Shown piece by piece: positions 10,606 through 21,088 of a stretch of DNA of 64,000 nt. This stretch comes from an uncultured delta proteobacterium (lineage in GTDB: Bacteria; Desulfobacterota; Binatia; UBA9968). The notes beneath the pieces were generated by a model, which was given only the letters and a program-made list of their open reading frames with translations, was not told the DNA's origin and ran no database searches. The stretch spans positions 1 to 64,000 of the forward strand of contig CAVWLW010000061.1 of assembly GCA_963755715.1 (NCBI GenBank), given 5' to 3'. Position 1 is the stretch's first letter, and every line of letters begins with the position of its first letter. The position numbers and the translations under genes are program-made.

Positions 10606-11652
10606 CTAGCCTTCCATTTTCAAGTTATAGAGCCGCCGCGGATTGTCGAAAAGAATCTTGCGCGTCAGCGACTCCGGCAAATCCTTTCGATTGATCAGCG
10701 TGTCGATATCGCCGCTGAACTCTTCCCACGGCCGTTCGTGCGGAAAGTCCGATGCCCACAGCAACTGTCCCGCGCCGATCAATTCGGCCACCGATGCCAA
10801 AGTCTTTTCTTCCCGTTCGCAAGCATAATAAAGATTGCCGCCGCGCATGATTTCACTGGGCGATCGTCGGCTCGGATAAGGCCAGCGCTTCCTGCGATGC
10901 TCCCAGCTCTCATCCAAACGATCCGCCAGATAGGGCACCCAACCGCAACCGGATTCTAGATACGCCACGCGCAGCTTGGGAAAGCGCTCGAACACGCCGT
11001 AAATCATCATGCTGGTCAGCTGCTGCATCTGCGCAAACGGATGGCTCAGCGGATAAACGCCGGCGAAAGACTGTACGTGGTCCAGTCCCAACTCCACCGC
11101 CGGTCCGCTGTGCACCGCCAGCGGCACGTCGAGGCGTTCGGCCATTTGGTAAATCGGATCGAACTCCGGCAGTCCGAGACCGCGCATCGGGCTCATCACA
11201 CCGGGTAACATTCCGGCGACCATGCCAAGTTCGCGCACGGCCCGTTCCAATTCCTTGGCCGCCTCCACTGGCTCTTGCGGCGCGAGCAACGCGACACCCT
11301 GAAAACGCGGACTCACACTCAAGAAATCATGATGGAGCCAGTCGTTATACGCCCGCGCCAAAGCCACCGCCCAATCGCGATCGCGCTGCAAGCCAATGTT
11401 CAAACCCTCGTTCGGATAAAGCACCGTCAGCGCGATTTCCGTGGCATCGAGAAAGCGCAGCCAAAGCTCGACGCTCGGATGCTCGCGCTGGTGCGGCGAG
11501 AGCGCGCCCCGCGCCCAGCCATCCCAAGAGAAAAGCGGATATTCGCGCTTCCCCGGCACGGCGCGAAACTCAGCCGGTAGAAACTGCCTCAGCTCGCGAT
11601 CACGTTCGAGGATGTGACCGTCGGCGTCAATGACAGGAAACGATCGTTTCAT
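10606..11652 (-). CDS. Amidohydrolase_2 family protein
   Basis: IDADGH, PLAVH, FERFPKLRVAYLESGCGWVP, WASDFPH. Confidence 0.92.
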   Translation of the reverse strand: MKRSFPVIDADGHILERDRELRQFLPAEFRAVPGKREYPLFSWDGWARGALSPHQREHPSVELWLRFLDATEIALTVLYPNEGLNIGLQRDRDWAVALARAYNDWLHHDFLSVSPRFQGVALLAPQEPVEAAKELERAVRELGMVAGMLPGVMSPMRGLGLPEFDPIYQMAERLDVPLAVHSGPAVELGLDHVQSFAGVYPLSHPFAQMQQLTSMMIYGVFERFPKLRVAYLESGCGWVPYLADRLDESWEHRRKRWPYPSRRSPSEIMRGGNLYYACEREEKTLASVAELIGAGQLLWASDFPHERPWEEFSGDIDTLINRKDLPESLTRKILFDNPRRLYNLKMEG

Positions 11653-11904
11653 AGGCGTTCCTCTGACGACATTTTCTACTCGAGATACGACTTTGCACTC
11701 TACTGTCCTTCTACTACTGCATTATTATTGCCGTCAATACGACTCCTCGAAAACCGCAATGATGCCACCTCGCCTTCGTTGCTTCATTCCCGCGCATGCG
11801 AGAATCCTGGCTCTTTTACATTTTGAAAATTTCATTGTTACGGACGAAAATGCGTTATAGGATGCTGTCAGTACGGACCAAAGATATAGAAGGAGGAACT
11901 AAAA

Positions 11905-12486
11905 ATGGCCAACGCAATCTCTATTCATCCTGCGGTTGATAAGGGCACTAAACCCGCGGCAGCAAACTTCGCAGGCGGCACACTCGTCTGTCATTGCTCC
12001 GACAAGAAGGTTGCCGTAGCGATCGACAGCCAATGCGCCCACAACCATGTCTGCGGCTGCACCAAATGTTGGAAGCCGGCCGGGGCGCTCTTCTCGCAGA
12101 TCGCGGCCGTGCCGCGCGACAAAGTCCGTGTGACTGCGAATGGAGACAAATTAGCAATCGTCGATCCCAACGCGGTCATCAAACGTCACGCCTGTAAAAA
12201 TTGCGGCGTGCACATGTATGCACGCATCGAGAACGACAAGCATCCTTTGTTCGGTTTCGATTTCATCCACACAGAATTGTCGTCCGAGCAGGGCTGGGCG
12301 CCGCCCGAATTCGCGGCGTTTGTTTCCTCGATTATTGAATCCGGTGCCGATCCCGCGAACATGAGCGCGGTCAGAGCGAGATTGAAAGAGCTGAAACTCG
12401 AGCCCTACGACTGTCTATCGCCGGCGCTGATGGATGCAATCGCGACACACACGGCGAAAGCGGCAGGCGTGCTCAAAAGTCGATAA
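11905..12486 (+). CDS. gfa: S-(hydroxymethyl)glutathione synthase (formaldehyde-activating enzyme)
   Basis: [60 protein letters not shown]; RBS aggagg. Confidence 0.93.
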   Translation: MANAISIHPAVDKGTKPAAANFAGGTLVCHCSDKKVAVAIDSQCAHNHVCGCTKCWKPAGALFSQIAAVPRDKVRVTANGDKLAIVDPNAVIKRHACKNCGVHMYARIENDKHPLFGFDFIHTELSSEQGWAPPEFAAFVSSIIESGADPANMSAVRARLKELKLEPYDCLSPALMDAIATHTAKAAGVLKSR

Positions 12487-12567
12487 CGGAGTAGATCAAT
12501 TTGGGGTGAGACAGAACCCTCTGTGTTGGCGAAGCGATTCAGGCCGGGAAAATGTGAGGATCCAATC

Positions 12568-13489
12568 ATGACGAACCCCTCGCATGGCGTAACTGTGGCG
12601 CTAGTTGTCGCCGCGCTCCTGTCTATAACCGTAGAATCCGGCGCACAAACAAATAAAACGAGCGCTAAAACTCTCGCCTTAGGAATTGTGTTTCAAGACC
12701 CACGGGCGCCGATCGAGGAACATTTTCGCCCTCTGGTGGATTATGCGGCCCGCAAGCTCACGCCGACGGCGGAAACCAAGGGAATGGTTGTTGTCGCGCC
12801 TACGCCGGGGCAAATGATGAAACTCCTTGAAGAGAAGCGCGTCGATTTTTACATGGAAAGTCCGTATGCCACTTATCTGATAAATCGCTTGGGCGCGGCT
12901 AAACTATTGCTCAGACGTTGGAAGGGGGGCCTTGCCGAATATCGCAGCCTCATATTCACCAACAAAGGAACCGCCATCGCGCATCTGGATGATCTCCGCG
13001 GCAAGATAATCGCTTTCGAAGACCCAGGCTCGACGTCGGGTTATTTTTTGCCCAAGCTCTTTCTGCTCAAGAAGGGGTTTTCCGTGGTGGAAAAACCGAG
13101 TGCCGGAGCCAAGGTTTCCGATAGAGAGATTGGCTACATCTTCGCCGATACTTACAAGAACATCGCCAGTCTCGTAGTGCAAAACAAGGTGGCAGCCGGA
13201 GCGTTTAGCAACGATGACTTTGCCAGCCTCGATGACACAGCCAAAGCATCGATTTCGATCCTCGGCGAAAGCGAATCCGTGCCCCGGCATCTGGTATCGG
13301 TGCGTAAGGATTTACCCGAAGCCAATGGCGAAACGCCTTAAAGAAATTCTCCTTGGCATGGATCAAAACGAAGCCGCGAAGAAAATCTTACAACAAACTG
13401 ATAATACGACAAAGTTTGATTTGCTGCCGGGAGGCGAGGAGATCGTAAGGCGAAAACTTGTAGAACTGTATCGCCCGCGGGCAGAGTAA
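12568..13489 (+). CDS. PhnD/PtxB-like phosphate/phosphonate-binding protein (frameshift near 13324)
   Basis: YRSLIF, DLRGK.IAF.DP.STSGYFLP; C-terminus continues in ORF 13214-13489. Confidence 0.85.
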
Positions 13490-13601
13490 ATAATTACCGT
13501 GGAATTCACCTAGACATCACACTCGTCAGGTGATCTGTACGGAAGAAGACTTCGGCGGCGCTTATCATACCGACTGATCGCAATCGCTTCCTACACCTCC
13601 G

Positions 13602-13631
13602 TTGACATCGAAGACCCGACCTCGGTAATCT
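13602..13631 (+). promoter_or_regulatory. Putative sigma70 promoter
   Basis: TTGACA-18 nt-TAATCT about 30 nt upstream of ATG 13661. Confidence 0.4.
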
Positions 13632-13660
13632 CATCTTACAAAGCCCACAAGGAGTAGCTC

Positions 13661-14633
13661 ATGAAGGCCATTCGCATTCATAGTTTCGGTCCGACGGAAG
13701 AAGTTCTCCAATACGAAGATGTGCCGGCACCCGAACCGAAAGCCGGCGAGGTCTTGATCAAAGTCGAAGCCGCCTCGCTCAATCGCGCCGATCTCGGCTT
13801 GCGCAAAGGAACCTATCGTATCTCTGCCGATGCACTGCCGATTATTCCCGGTCGTGAATTCGCCGGGACAATCGAAAAGCTCGGCACAGGCGTCAACGAA
13901 TACCGAGCAGGCCAGCGTGTCGTCGCCTATCCGAGTCTCGGTGGCTACGCGGAATACGCGCGTCGCCAAAGCGTCCGAAATTCGGCCAATTCCCGACGCT
14001 GTCACTTCCGCTCAAGCGGCTGCGCTACCGACCACCTTTCTCACCGCGTGGTTCGGTCTAAAGACAGACGGTAATCTTAAAACCGGCGAATGGCTGCTCG
14101 TGCAAGGTGGGAGCAGCGGCGTCGGTACGGCGGCAATTCAAATCGCAAAATATTTAGGCGCCAACGTGATCGCCACCACTGGCAGCGAAGAAAAAGCTCA
14201 CCGGCTGCGCAAACTGGGCGCGGACGTCACCATCGATGTATCTCAATACGACTTTCTACCGGAAGTCATGCGCGTGACCAATAACCGCGGCGTCGACGTG
14301 GTACTCGAAATGATCGGCGGCGAAGTTTATCAAAAGAGCTTGCAAGCGCTCGCGCCCGGCGGCCGCTTGGTTTCCATCGGCGGCGCCTTCGGTGCCATTC
14401 CTGATTCGCCGCCGGTCTTGACCGAAGGACGGAAAGCGACTCGTTTCTCGATAACGAATTATTTGAAAGCCAAGCCGGAAGATTTCAAGCAACTCGATGA
14501 CATTCTCAAACTGGTGGCGGATAAGAAGTTCCAAGTCGTCATCGGTAAAAGTTTTCCGTTGGCGGAAACCCGCGCGGCGCAACGCTATCTCGAAGGGCGC
14601 GAGCACTTCGGCAAGGTGATGCTGACGATGTAG
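13661..14633 (+). CDS. NADPH:quinone oxidoreductase (MDR family), frameshift near 13960
   Basis: MKAIRIH.FG, LNRAD, PGREFAG, GGYAEY; then GGSSGVGTAAIQ and HFGKV. Confidence 0.9.
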
Positions 14634-14678
14634 AACGACCAAGCGGTAACCGCCACAATCTTTATGATTCATGCCGGA

Positions 14679-14762
14679 AGGATTTCTCGGTCGCGTTCGC
14701 TTCCTCGAAATGACAAGGCCACAGATAATTCCCGGTTGTCATTTCATCAAAGGGAGAAATCT
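14679..14762. repeat. REP-like inverted repeat (GATTTCTC..GAAATGACA / TGTCATTTC..GAGAAATC)
   Basis: Paired arms visible; related half-copy at about 9597-9623. Confidence 0.7.
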
Positions 14763-14805
14763 TTCTTTGCGTCCGAAAATCGAATACGGAAAGGAATCCA
14801 GCCCC

Positions 14806-15303
14806 ATGTCATTCAAAATCAAACGAGTTGGCCATTTGGTGCTCAAAGTGAAAGATCTCGAACACTCGCGCAAGTTTTTCACCGAAGTTCTGGGTTTTCC
14901 TCAGGTCGGTGAAAACGATCGCGGTATGCTGTTCTTCAGCACCGACGTCAAAAACAACCATCACATGCTCGCATTGAGGGAAGGCAAGCCTGGCGCGCCC
15001 ATGCCCAACCCCGAACAAATCGGCATGGAGCATGTGTCCTTCGAAGTCGCCACATTTGCCGAGTTGCAGGAGGTCTATCGAAAGTTCAAAGAACACAACG
15101 TGAAGTTTCACCAGACGATCTTTCACGGCGTGGCCAAGAGCATTTACTTCTACGATCCCGACGGCAACCTGCTAGAAGTTTATTGCAACGTGCCACCCGA
15201 AGAGTATCGCAAGACAGTGTCGAATCCTTATTATAATTATGGAAGCATCGAAGACGAGCTAGCCGGCAAAATCCCGCAAAAGCCCGGTACCGTCGCGCCT
15301 TAA
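14806..15303 (+). CDS. VOC/glyoxalase family protein
   Basis: VGHLVLKV.DLE, HH.LAL, EHVSF, H....SIYFYDPDGNLLEVY. Confidence 0.9.
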   Translation: MSFKIKRVGHLVLKVKDLEHSRKFFTEVLGFPQVGENDRGMLFFSTDVKNNHHMLALREGKPGAPMPNPEQIGMEHVSFEVATFAELQEVYRKFKEHNVKFHQTIFHGVAKSIYFYDPDGNLLEVYCNVPPEEYRKTVSNPYYNYGSIEDELAGKIPQKPGTVAP

Positions 15304-15430
15304 CTAAGCAAGCGCGAATTCAAATCCAGGAGTGATCCGTAGCTGCAGGCCCCAATACTGCGAACCACTACTCCATCACCCCATTCCTCGTCCCTGGCCG
15401 CCATCAGCCCGCTCTGTTAAAATAGCCTGC

Positions 15431-16486
15431 ATGGACGTGGATGAATCCGCGGAAAAACCGGCGTCGCTGAAAATACCGGATGCGCCGCCGGATCTCGCGA
15501 GCATGAGCGACGAGGAGCTTTTGCGCACGCGCATTTGCGATTTGAAGCTCAAGATCGCCGGCACCGAGATCGAGTCGCGCGTCGACAAATTCTACGCGGA
15601 GCTCGCCGCCAAGGGCATCACCATCAAACCGATCTGCTATCTCGGCGACGAATGGTTTTGCCCCGAAGGCAGCGCCACCATCGCCATCCCTTTCTACCTC
15701 GCCCATCCGCGCCTGAAGAAGCTGGAAGAAAAAATGATGATGGAGGTCGAGGGCGGCACGGAAACCTGGTGTCTCCGACTCTTGCGCCACGAGATGGGCC
15801 ACGTCCTCAATCACGCCTACCTGCTGGAAAAAGACAAACGCTGGCAAAAAATCTTCGGACCGACCTCGCTCGAATATTCCGAAAGCTTTCGCGCGCGGCC
15901 GTACAGCCGCCAATTCGTGCGCCACTTGGAAGGCTACTATGCCCAGAGCCACCCGGAAGAAGATTTCGCCGAGACGGTCGCGATCTGGTTGACGCCCGAT
16001 CTGGAATGGCGACAACAGTATCGAGGTTGGAAGGCTTTGCAAAAACTCGAGTACGTCGATGAGCTGATGCAGAAGCTCGCGGCAAAACCGCCCCTGGTTT
16101 TTTCCAAAGCCAAGATCAGCGACGCGTCTCGCCTCCGTTCGCGACTGGAAGCCCACTATAAAAGGCGGCGGCGCATCTACGCCCAGGAATTTCCCGACTT
16201 TTTCGATGCCGATCTAAAAAAGCTTTTCGTCGACGCAGCCGCGTCGCCCAACGGTGAACGCGCTTCGGTGTTTTTGCGGCGATCGAACAAACTGATTCTC
16301 AACGCCGTTTCCATTTGGACCGGTGAGCCGAAGTTCACGATCAACCGTCTGCTGCGCGCGCTGACCGAGCGCTGCGCCGAGCTCGATCTTCGGCTCAAAG
16401 CGGAATCAGCCGGCGTCGAAATCGCCGCCTACCTGGCGACCTTGGCGTGTCATTATCGGCTGACGGGAAAGTTCAAAGATTCCTAA
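15431..16486 (+). CDS. Putative zinc metallopeptidase (Peptidase_Mx-like)
   Basis: RHEMGH zinc motif; YAQSHPEEDFAET; IAIPFYLAHPRL. Confidence 0.85.
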   Translation: MDVDESAEKPASLKIPDAPPDLASMSDEELLRTRICDLKLKIAGTEIESRVDKFYAELAAKGITIKPICYLGDEWFCPEGSATIAIPFYLAHPRLKKLEEKMMMEVEGGTETWCLRLLRHEMGHVLNHAYLLEKDKRWQKIFGPTSLEYSESFRARPYSRQFVRHLEGYYAQSHPEEDFAETVAIWLTPDLEWRQQYRGWKALQKLEYVDELMQKLAAKPPLVFSKAKISDASRLRSRLEAHYKRRRRIYAQEFPDFFDADLKKLFVDAAASPNGERASVFLRRSNKLILNAVSIWTGEPKFTINRLLRALTERCAELDLRLKAESAGVEIAAYLATLACHYRLTGKFKDS

Positions 16487-16488
16487 TC

Positions 16489-17514
16489 ATGACGCGAGCG
16501 CGGAAACGATCCAAAGTCCTGGTGCTGTTCGACACCGCCGGCACGCCGCCGGCGAATCAGGATTTCACCAAGGAATTAAAGACCGACGATTGGGCGGCGG
16601 AGGCTCATGTCATCGAAGCGCTCAAACAACTCGGCCATGAAGTGCGCACTATCGGCGTTTGGGATGAGCCCGGCATGATCATCGACGAGATCAAAGCCAA
16701 TCCGCCCGACGTCGTTTTCAACTTGACCGAACATTTCAACGAGGTGTCCGCCTACGACCGGAACGTCGCCGGCCTGCTCGAAATGCTGGGCGTGCCTTAC
16801 ACCGGATCGAGCCCTACGGGTTTGACGCTTTGCAAGAACAAAGGTATGGCGAAGGAGCTTCTCGCCTATCATAAAATCCGCGTGCCCAACTTCGCGATCT
16901 TTTCGCCGGGCGCGACGATCAAGCGACCGAGCCGCCTCAAATTTCCCCTCTTCATCAAGCCCGCTGAAGAAGAAGCCTCCTATGGAATATCGCTCGACTC
17001 TTTCGTCGAAAACGACGAAGCCTTCGAGGAAAGAGTCCGCTTTATTCACGAAAAGATGAATCAGACCGCCCTCGTCGAAGAATACATTGAGGGAAGAGAA
17101 ATTTATGTAAGTCTCTTGGGCAACGACAGTCTACGCGTATTTCCCTTTCGAGAAGTCATATTCACCGAAATTCCAGAAGGCCAGCCGAGGTTCTCAACAT
17201 TCAAAGCCAAGTGGGACGACGCTTACCGAAAACGCTGGGGCATCCAGAACGTTTTCGCCGAGCCTTTCGCCAACGGCACCGAGCAGCGAATTGTCAAAAT
17301 CTGCAAAGCCGTCTACCGCGCTTTGCGCATTCGCGGTTACGGCCGCATCGATCTCCGTGTCACGCCGGAAGGCGAAATCGTCATTCTCGAGGCAAATCCC
17401 AACCCCAATCTCGATCGCGACGACGAGTTCGCCCAATCCGCCGTCAAAGCGGCCTTAAGTTATCCGAGAATGATCCAACGCATCCTGAAGCTCGCTTTCG
17501 ACGCCGCCCGTTGA
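16489..17514 (+). CDS. D-Ala-D-Ala ligase-like ATP-grasp enzyme
   Basis: VFNL.E, PYTGS, FPLFIKP..EEAS.GI, EEYIEGRE, YGRIDLR, EANPNP. Confidence 0.9.
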   Translation: MTRARKRSKVLVLFDTAGTPPANQDFTKELKTDDWAAEAHVIEALKQLGHEVRTIGVWDEPGMIIDEIKANPPDVVFNLTEHFNEVSAYDRNVAGLLEMLGVPYTGSSPTGLTLCKNKGMAKELLAYHKIRVPNFAIFSPGATIKRPSRLKFPLFIKPAEEEASYGISLDSFVENDEAFEERVRFIHEKMNQTALVEEYIEGREIYVSLLGNDSLRVFPFREVIFTEIPEGQPRFSTFKAKWDDAYRKRWGIQNVFAEPFANGTEQRIVKICKAVYRALRIRGYGRIDLRVTPEGEIVILEANPNPNLDRDDEFAQSAVKAALSYPRMIQRILKLAFDAAR

Positions 17515-17535
17515 GTGGTCCGAGCGATGCGCGGC

Positions 17536-18780
17536 ATGTTTAAAGAAGCCGGAGTTCGGCCGACGGCCATCGTCGCCTGCGCGCTCCTTGCGTTTTCTTT
17601 CGTTGCTGCGCCATCGACTCGCGCAAGCCACGCGAACGAACCGCCGCCGCTGATTATCCTTGAAGGGCACGCTTTAGCCCAGGTTAAACAGCGACTGCAA
17701 GCCGGCGACGCCTCGTTGGCGCCGTCATTGAATAAACTCAAGCGCGATGCCGACCGCGCTCTTCTCGGCGGACCTTTATCCGTGACGGAAAAATCAATCA
17801 CGCCGCCCAGCGGCGATAAGCATGATTACATGAGCATCGCCCCGTACTGGTGGCCCAATCCGAACACGGCCAACGGTCTGCCTTACGTTCGCCGCGACGG
17901 CGAGGTAAATCCCGAACGCGATCAGACCTCGGATCGGAAAAGACTGGAGAACATGATTCAGACCGTGAACACGCTGGCGCTCGGCTATTTTTTCACCGAT
18001 CGAGAAGCCTACGCCGCTCAGGCCGGAAAGACGCTGCGGGCTTGGTTTTTAGATGCGCCGACCAAAATGAATCCGCATCTTCGATTTGCTCAATCGATTC
18101 CAGGTCGGAACCAAGGACGAGGCGACGGTATAATCGAAACACACAATCTGCCCGAGCTGCTGGATTCCGTCGCATTGCTCGTAAGTTCAAAGTCATGGGC
18201 AGAAACGGATCACGAGCAATTGCGAAACTGGTTCAATTCCTATCTGACCTGGCTTAGCGAAAGTCCGGAAGGAAAAGCCGAAGCGAAAGCGGACAACAAT
18301 CACGGCAGCTGGTACGACGTCCAAATCGCCGGGTTCGCTCTTTTTGTCGGACGCGGCGAGCTGGCAAAGAAAGTCATGGGTGAATTCGGCGCCAAGCGCA
18401 TCGCCAAACAGATCGAACCCGACGGCCGCCAGCCGCGCGAGCTTGGGCGCACGCAGGGATGGAACTATGCCGTTTTCAACCTCGAGGCGCTATTCGACGC
18501 GGCGGCGATCGCAGAAAAACTGGGAATTGATCTATGGAATTTCCGAACCGACGATAACCGAAGCATGCGCAAAAGTCTGGATTGGCTGATGCCTTTCGCG
18601 ACCGGCGCGAAACCTTGGCCTTACAAGCAAATCTCGCCTTTTCAGCCGGAGAAGCTCGCTCCTTTGCTGAGGCGCGCGGCGCTTCAATACCGCGAGCCCG
18701 GCTACGAGCAAGCAATCGGCAAAATATCGAAGATTAACGGCGACGAGCGCTGGCGGTTAATCTACGGTTCGTCGCCTTGA
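17536..18780 (+). CDS. Alginate lyase family polysaccharide lyase, secreted
   Basis: PPSGDKHDYMSIAPYWWP, RDGEVNP, NNHGSWY, QIEPDG.QP.EL.RT; signal peptide. Confidence 0.88.
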   Translation: MFKEAGVRPTAIVACALLAFSFVAAPSTRASHANEPPPLIILEGHALAQVKQRLQAGDASLAPSLNKLKRDADRALLGGPLSVTEKSITPPSGDKHDYMSIAPYWWPNPNTANGLPYVRRDGEVNPERDQTSDRKRLENMIQTVNTLALGYFFTDREAYAAQAGKTLRAWFLDAPTKMNPHLRFAQSIPGRNQGRGDGIIETHNLPELLDSVALLVSSKSWAETDHEQLRNWFNSYLTWLSESPEGKAEAKADNNHGSWYDVQIAGFALFVGRGELAKKVMGEFGAKRIAKQIEPDGRQPRELGRTQGWNYAVFNLEALFDAAAIAEKLGIDLWNFRTDDNRSMRKSLDWLMPFATGAKPWPYKQISPFQPEKLAPLLRRAALQYREPGYEQAIGKISKINGDERWRLIYGSSP

Positions 18781-18825
18781 GCGTAGCGCATGCTCAGCGC
18801 GTTGCCTCCCGATGAGCTTACAGAG

Positions 18826-19776
18826 TCATTTGAGGCCCATTTCCTTCTGCGCTTCGCGCAACACCGTGAAATCCGCGACTTCGTTAAAGGCGATTTCACG
18901 GCTAATATTGACGGACTTTTTCGCTTCGTCGAGGGCGATGCGCAGGCCGGCTTCGGGTACGCTGCCGTCGTCGTTGAAGGACTTGGCCGAGCCGTCGTAA
19001 GTCGCCGCCGCCGTTTCCCTATCGATTCTCATCCAGTCCATCATCGCCAGAATCGTGCCGTCGCGATTCTGATGTAAATAACGATTGGCCTTGATGCCGG
19101 CTTTGATCACGCGCTTGAGCTGATCGGGGCTTTCTTTGATCTTTTTGACGCTCGCGACCAGACCCGTGTTCGGATAACTGAAGAGATCATAAGCGCGCGC
19201 GAGCACCACGTAACCCAACTTTTTGCCCAGATAATCCACTGGCGTAGAGCCGGCCGTAGCCACTGTTAAGCCCTGCTTCAAAGCGGCAAAACGAGTATCC
19301 ACCGTACCGGTGGCGAGAAACTTCACGTCTTTGTCCGGGTCGAGGCCGTAATGCTTTAACATCATGCGCACCGTGCTCTCGAGCCCGCCGCCGATGCTGT
19401 TGAGGCCGATCGTCTTGCCCTTTAGATCCTGGATTGTTTTAAACTCTGGACGAGCGATGATTGCAGTGGTGAGTCCCGGCGCAAAACAAGCTACGAGTCT
19501 TACCGGAATACCGCGGAGCGCCGCAATAAGCGCAGGGCTGACGACGGTATGATAATCGATTTCGCCGCTGGTGAGCGCCGGCAACGCCACCGCGGAGCGA
19601 ATCCGGATCAACTCCGCCTGCAGTCCTTCTTCCTGAAAGAAACCGCGGAGGTGCGCCAACGGCAGCGTAAAAGTCGATGAGTTAAAATCCGGATAGCCAA
19701 TCCGGATCTTATCCGCGGCGTGGAGCGAAACAGGAAGAGAAAGAAAAACGAGCAAGCCTAATAGACCATTTTTCAT
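18826..19776 (-). CDS. ABC SBP, NMT1/THI5/SsuA-like
   Basis: Signal peptide; GFFQEEGL, AL.SGEID, DLKGKTIG, GLDPDKDV. Confidence 0.9.
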   Translation of the reverse strand: MKNGLLGLLVFLSLPVSLHAADKIRIGYPDFNSSTFTLPLAHLRGFFQEEGLQAELIRIRSAVALPALTSGEIDYHTVVSPALIAALRGIPVRLVACFAPGLTTAIIARPEFKTIQDLKGKTIGLNSIGGGLESTVRMMLKHYGLDPDKDVKFLATGTVDTRFAALKQGLTVATAGSTPVDYLGKKLGYVVLARAYDLFSYPNTGLVASVKKIKESPDQLKRVIKAGIKANRYLHQNRDGTILAMMDWMRIDRETAAATYDGSAKSFNDDGSVPEAGLRIALDEAKKSVNISREIAFNEVADFTVLREAQKEMGLK

Positions 19777-20882
19777 TGCGTTCCTCCTGTCGCTTTCGCC
19801 TTGGCAATTTCGTCGGTGCTGTAACGGTAGGCGCGGAATACGCGGTTGTTCAACCCGTTCGGTCCTTCACCAAAATAGGGATTGACGTACTCCCAAACCA
19901 ATTCGCCTGCAGACGTGACCTCGAAGAAGCGGCCGAAGTCGCCTTCGCAGACCAGCGTGTTGCCGTTCGGCAAGCGCCGAGCGTTGGAAATCCGCGGGCT
20001 GTAAAATTCGTACTCTCGCCTCTCCTGATACTTCCAAACAATTTGCTTCGTCGCCAAATCGACTTCGATAATGCGGGAAAAAGTCATTGTATGATCTAGC
20101 CGGTGCGGCCCGTTGTCGAAGAGGAGCAAGTTGCCGTTTGGGAGCGGCATCGGCGCGTGTTGACCGGAGAGCGGCGGCGCGCCGAGCTTCCAGATAACCT
20201 CACCCGTTTTCCGATCGATGATGATGACGGTGGAGATGTTACGAAAGCTCACAACGATATCGCCATTAGGCATCTCCGCAAGTCCGTTGGCGTGAGTCCA
20301 CGCTTCACGCAGATCTTGCACCGCCGTAATGCAGTCTTTCGCCGGGTCGAGGTGTTCCCAGGTATGCCATTCCCAAACCACTCGGCCATCCATCGTCATC
20401 TCGACGAGATAGTCTGCGTACATCTCGCCGTTGTGTTCAGTGCCGGGACGGCCGCCCTTGACCTGCGATACCAAATGCTGCGGCAACTGAGCCAAGCAAA
20501 TCAGCAGTACATTCCCGTTGCGAAGCCGAATACCGTCGTGGTGGTGGTCGGGTTGGCGCACTTCCCAGAGAACTCGTCCGTTCCAATCCGCTTCGAGCAC
20601 AACGCCGCCCTTCCAAGGCTGGCGGCTAATGAAGCGATCTGACTGCTCGACAGTCTTGCCATTATAAAAGTAAGTGCCCCTTTCAGTCAGATAACCGGAG
20701 TTGCCCGGCGCATAAGGCATCTGCCAAGTGTGAATGACGTTGCCATCGATATCGATCAGGTAAACCTTGCCACCGCCGCTTTGCGGCGCGAACAAGGTAA
20801 AGCCGGGAAACGCGCGATCGTGATCGCAGGCGCGCAGACCGACGCCGGCGCGCTTTGCCTTGATCTGTTCAACTGGTGGCAT
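19773..20882 (-). CDS. Arylsulfotransferase (ASST)-like beta-propeller protein
   Basis: HHHD, WTHANG, SFRN, GQH, FDNG, RLPNGNTL.CEG, VWEYVNP, VFRAYRY; no signal peptide. Confidence 0.82.
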   Translation of the reverse strand: MPPVEQIKAKRAGVGLRACDHDRAFPGFTLFAPQSGGGKVYLIDIDGNVIHTWQMPYAPGNSGYLTERGTYFYNGKTVEQSDRFISRQPWKGGVVLEADWNGRVLWEVRQPDHHHDGIRLRNGNVLLICLAQLPQHLVSQVKGGRPGTEHNGEMYADYLVEMTMDGRVVWEWHTWEHLDPAKDCITAVQDLREAWTHANGLAEMPNGDIVVSFRNISTVIIIDRKTGEVIWKLGAPPLSGQHAPMPLPNGNLLLFDNGPHRLDHTMTFSRIIEVDLATKQIVWKYQERREYEFYSPRISNARRLPNGNTLVCEGDFGRFFEVTSAGELVWEYVNPYFGEGPNGLNNRVFRAYRYSTDEIAKAKATGGTQ

Positions 20883-21088
20883 AACCTGTTCCCCCTGTTT
20901 TTTCTCGTTCCGCTGCAGGTGTCTACAATCAATAGGCCTACAGCGTCACCTGCAATTCTGATAAATTGATGGTTGCCATTTAATCTCCGAGCGCGGCGGT
21001 CGAAGCGCATCTCATTGCGCAAGGTTGTACCTATCCTAATCGAACTGACCGCCCGCCAAGAGAGTTGCCCGCAACAATAGTAGAGTCT

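Noticed and set aside
16489-17514. Calling this ddl or a vancomycin-resistance ligase
   Set aside because: It lacks the Ddl N-terminal motif and has no mur or van context
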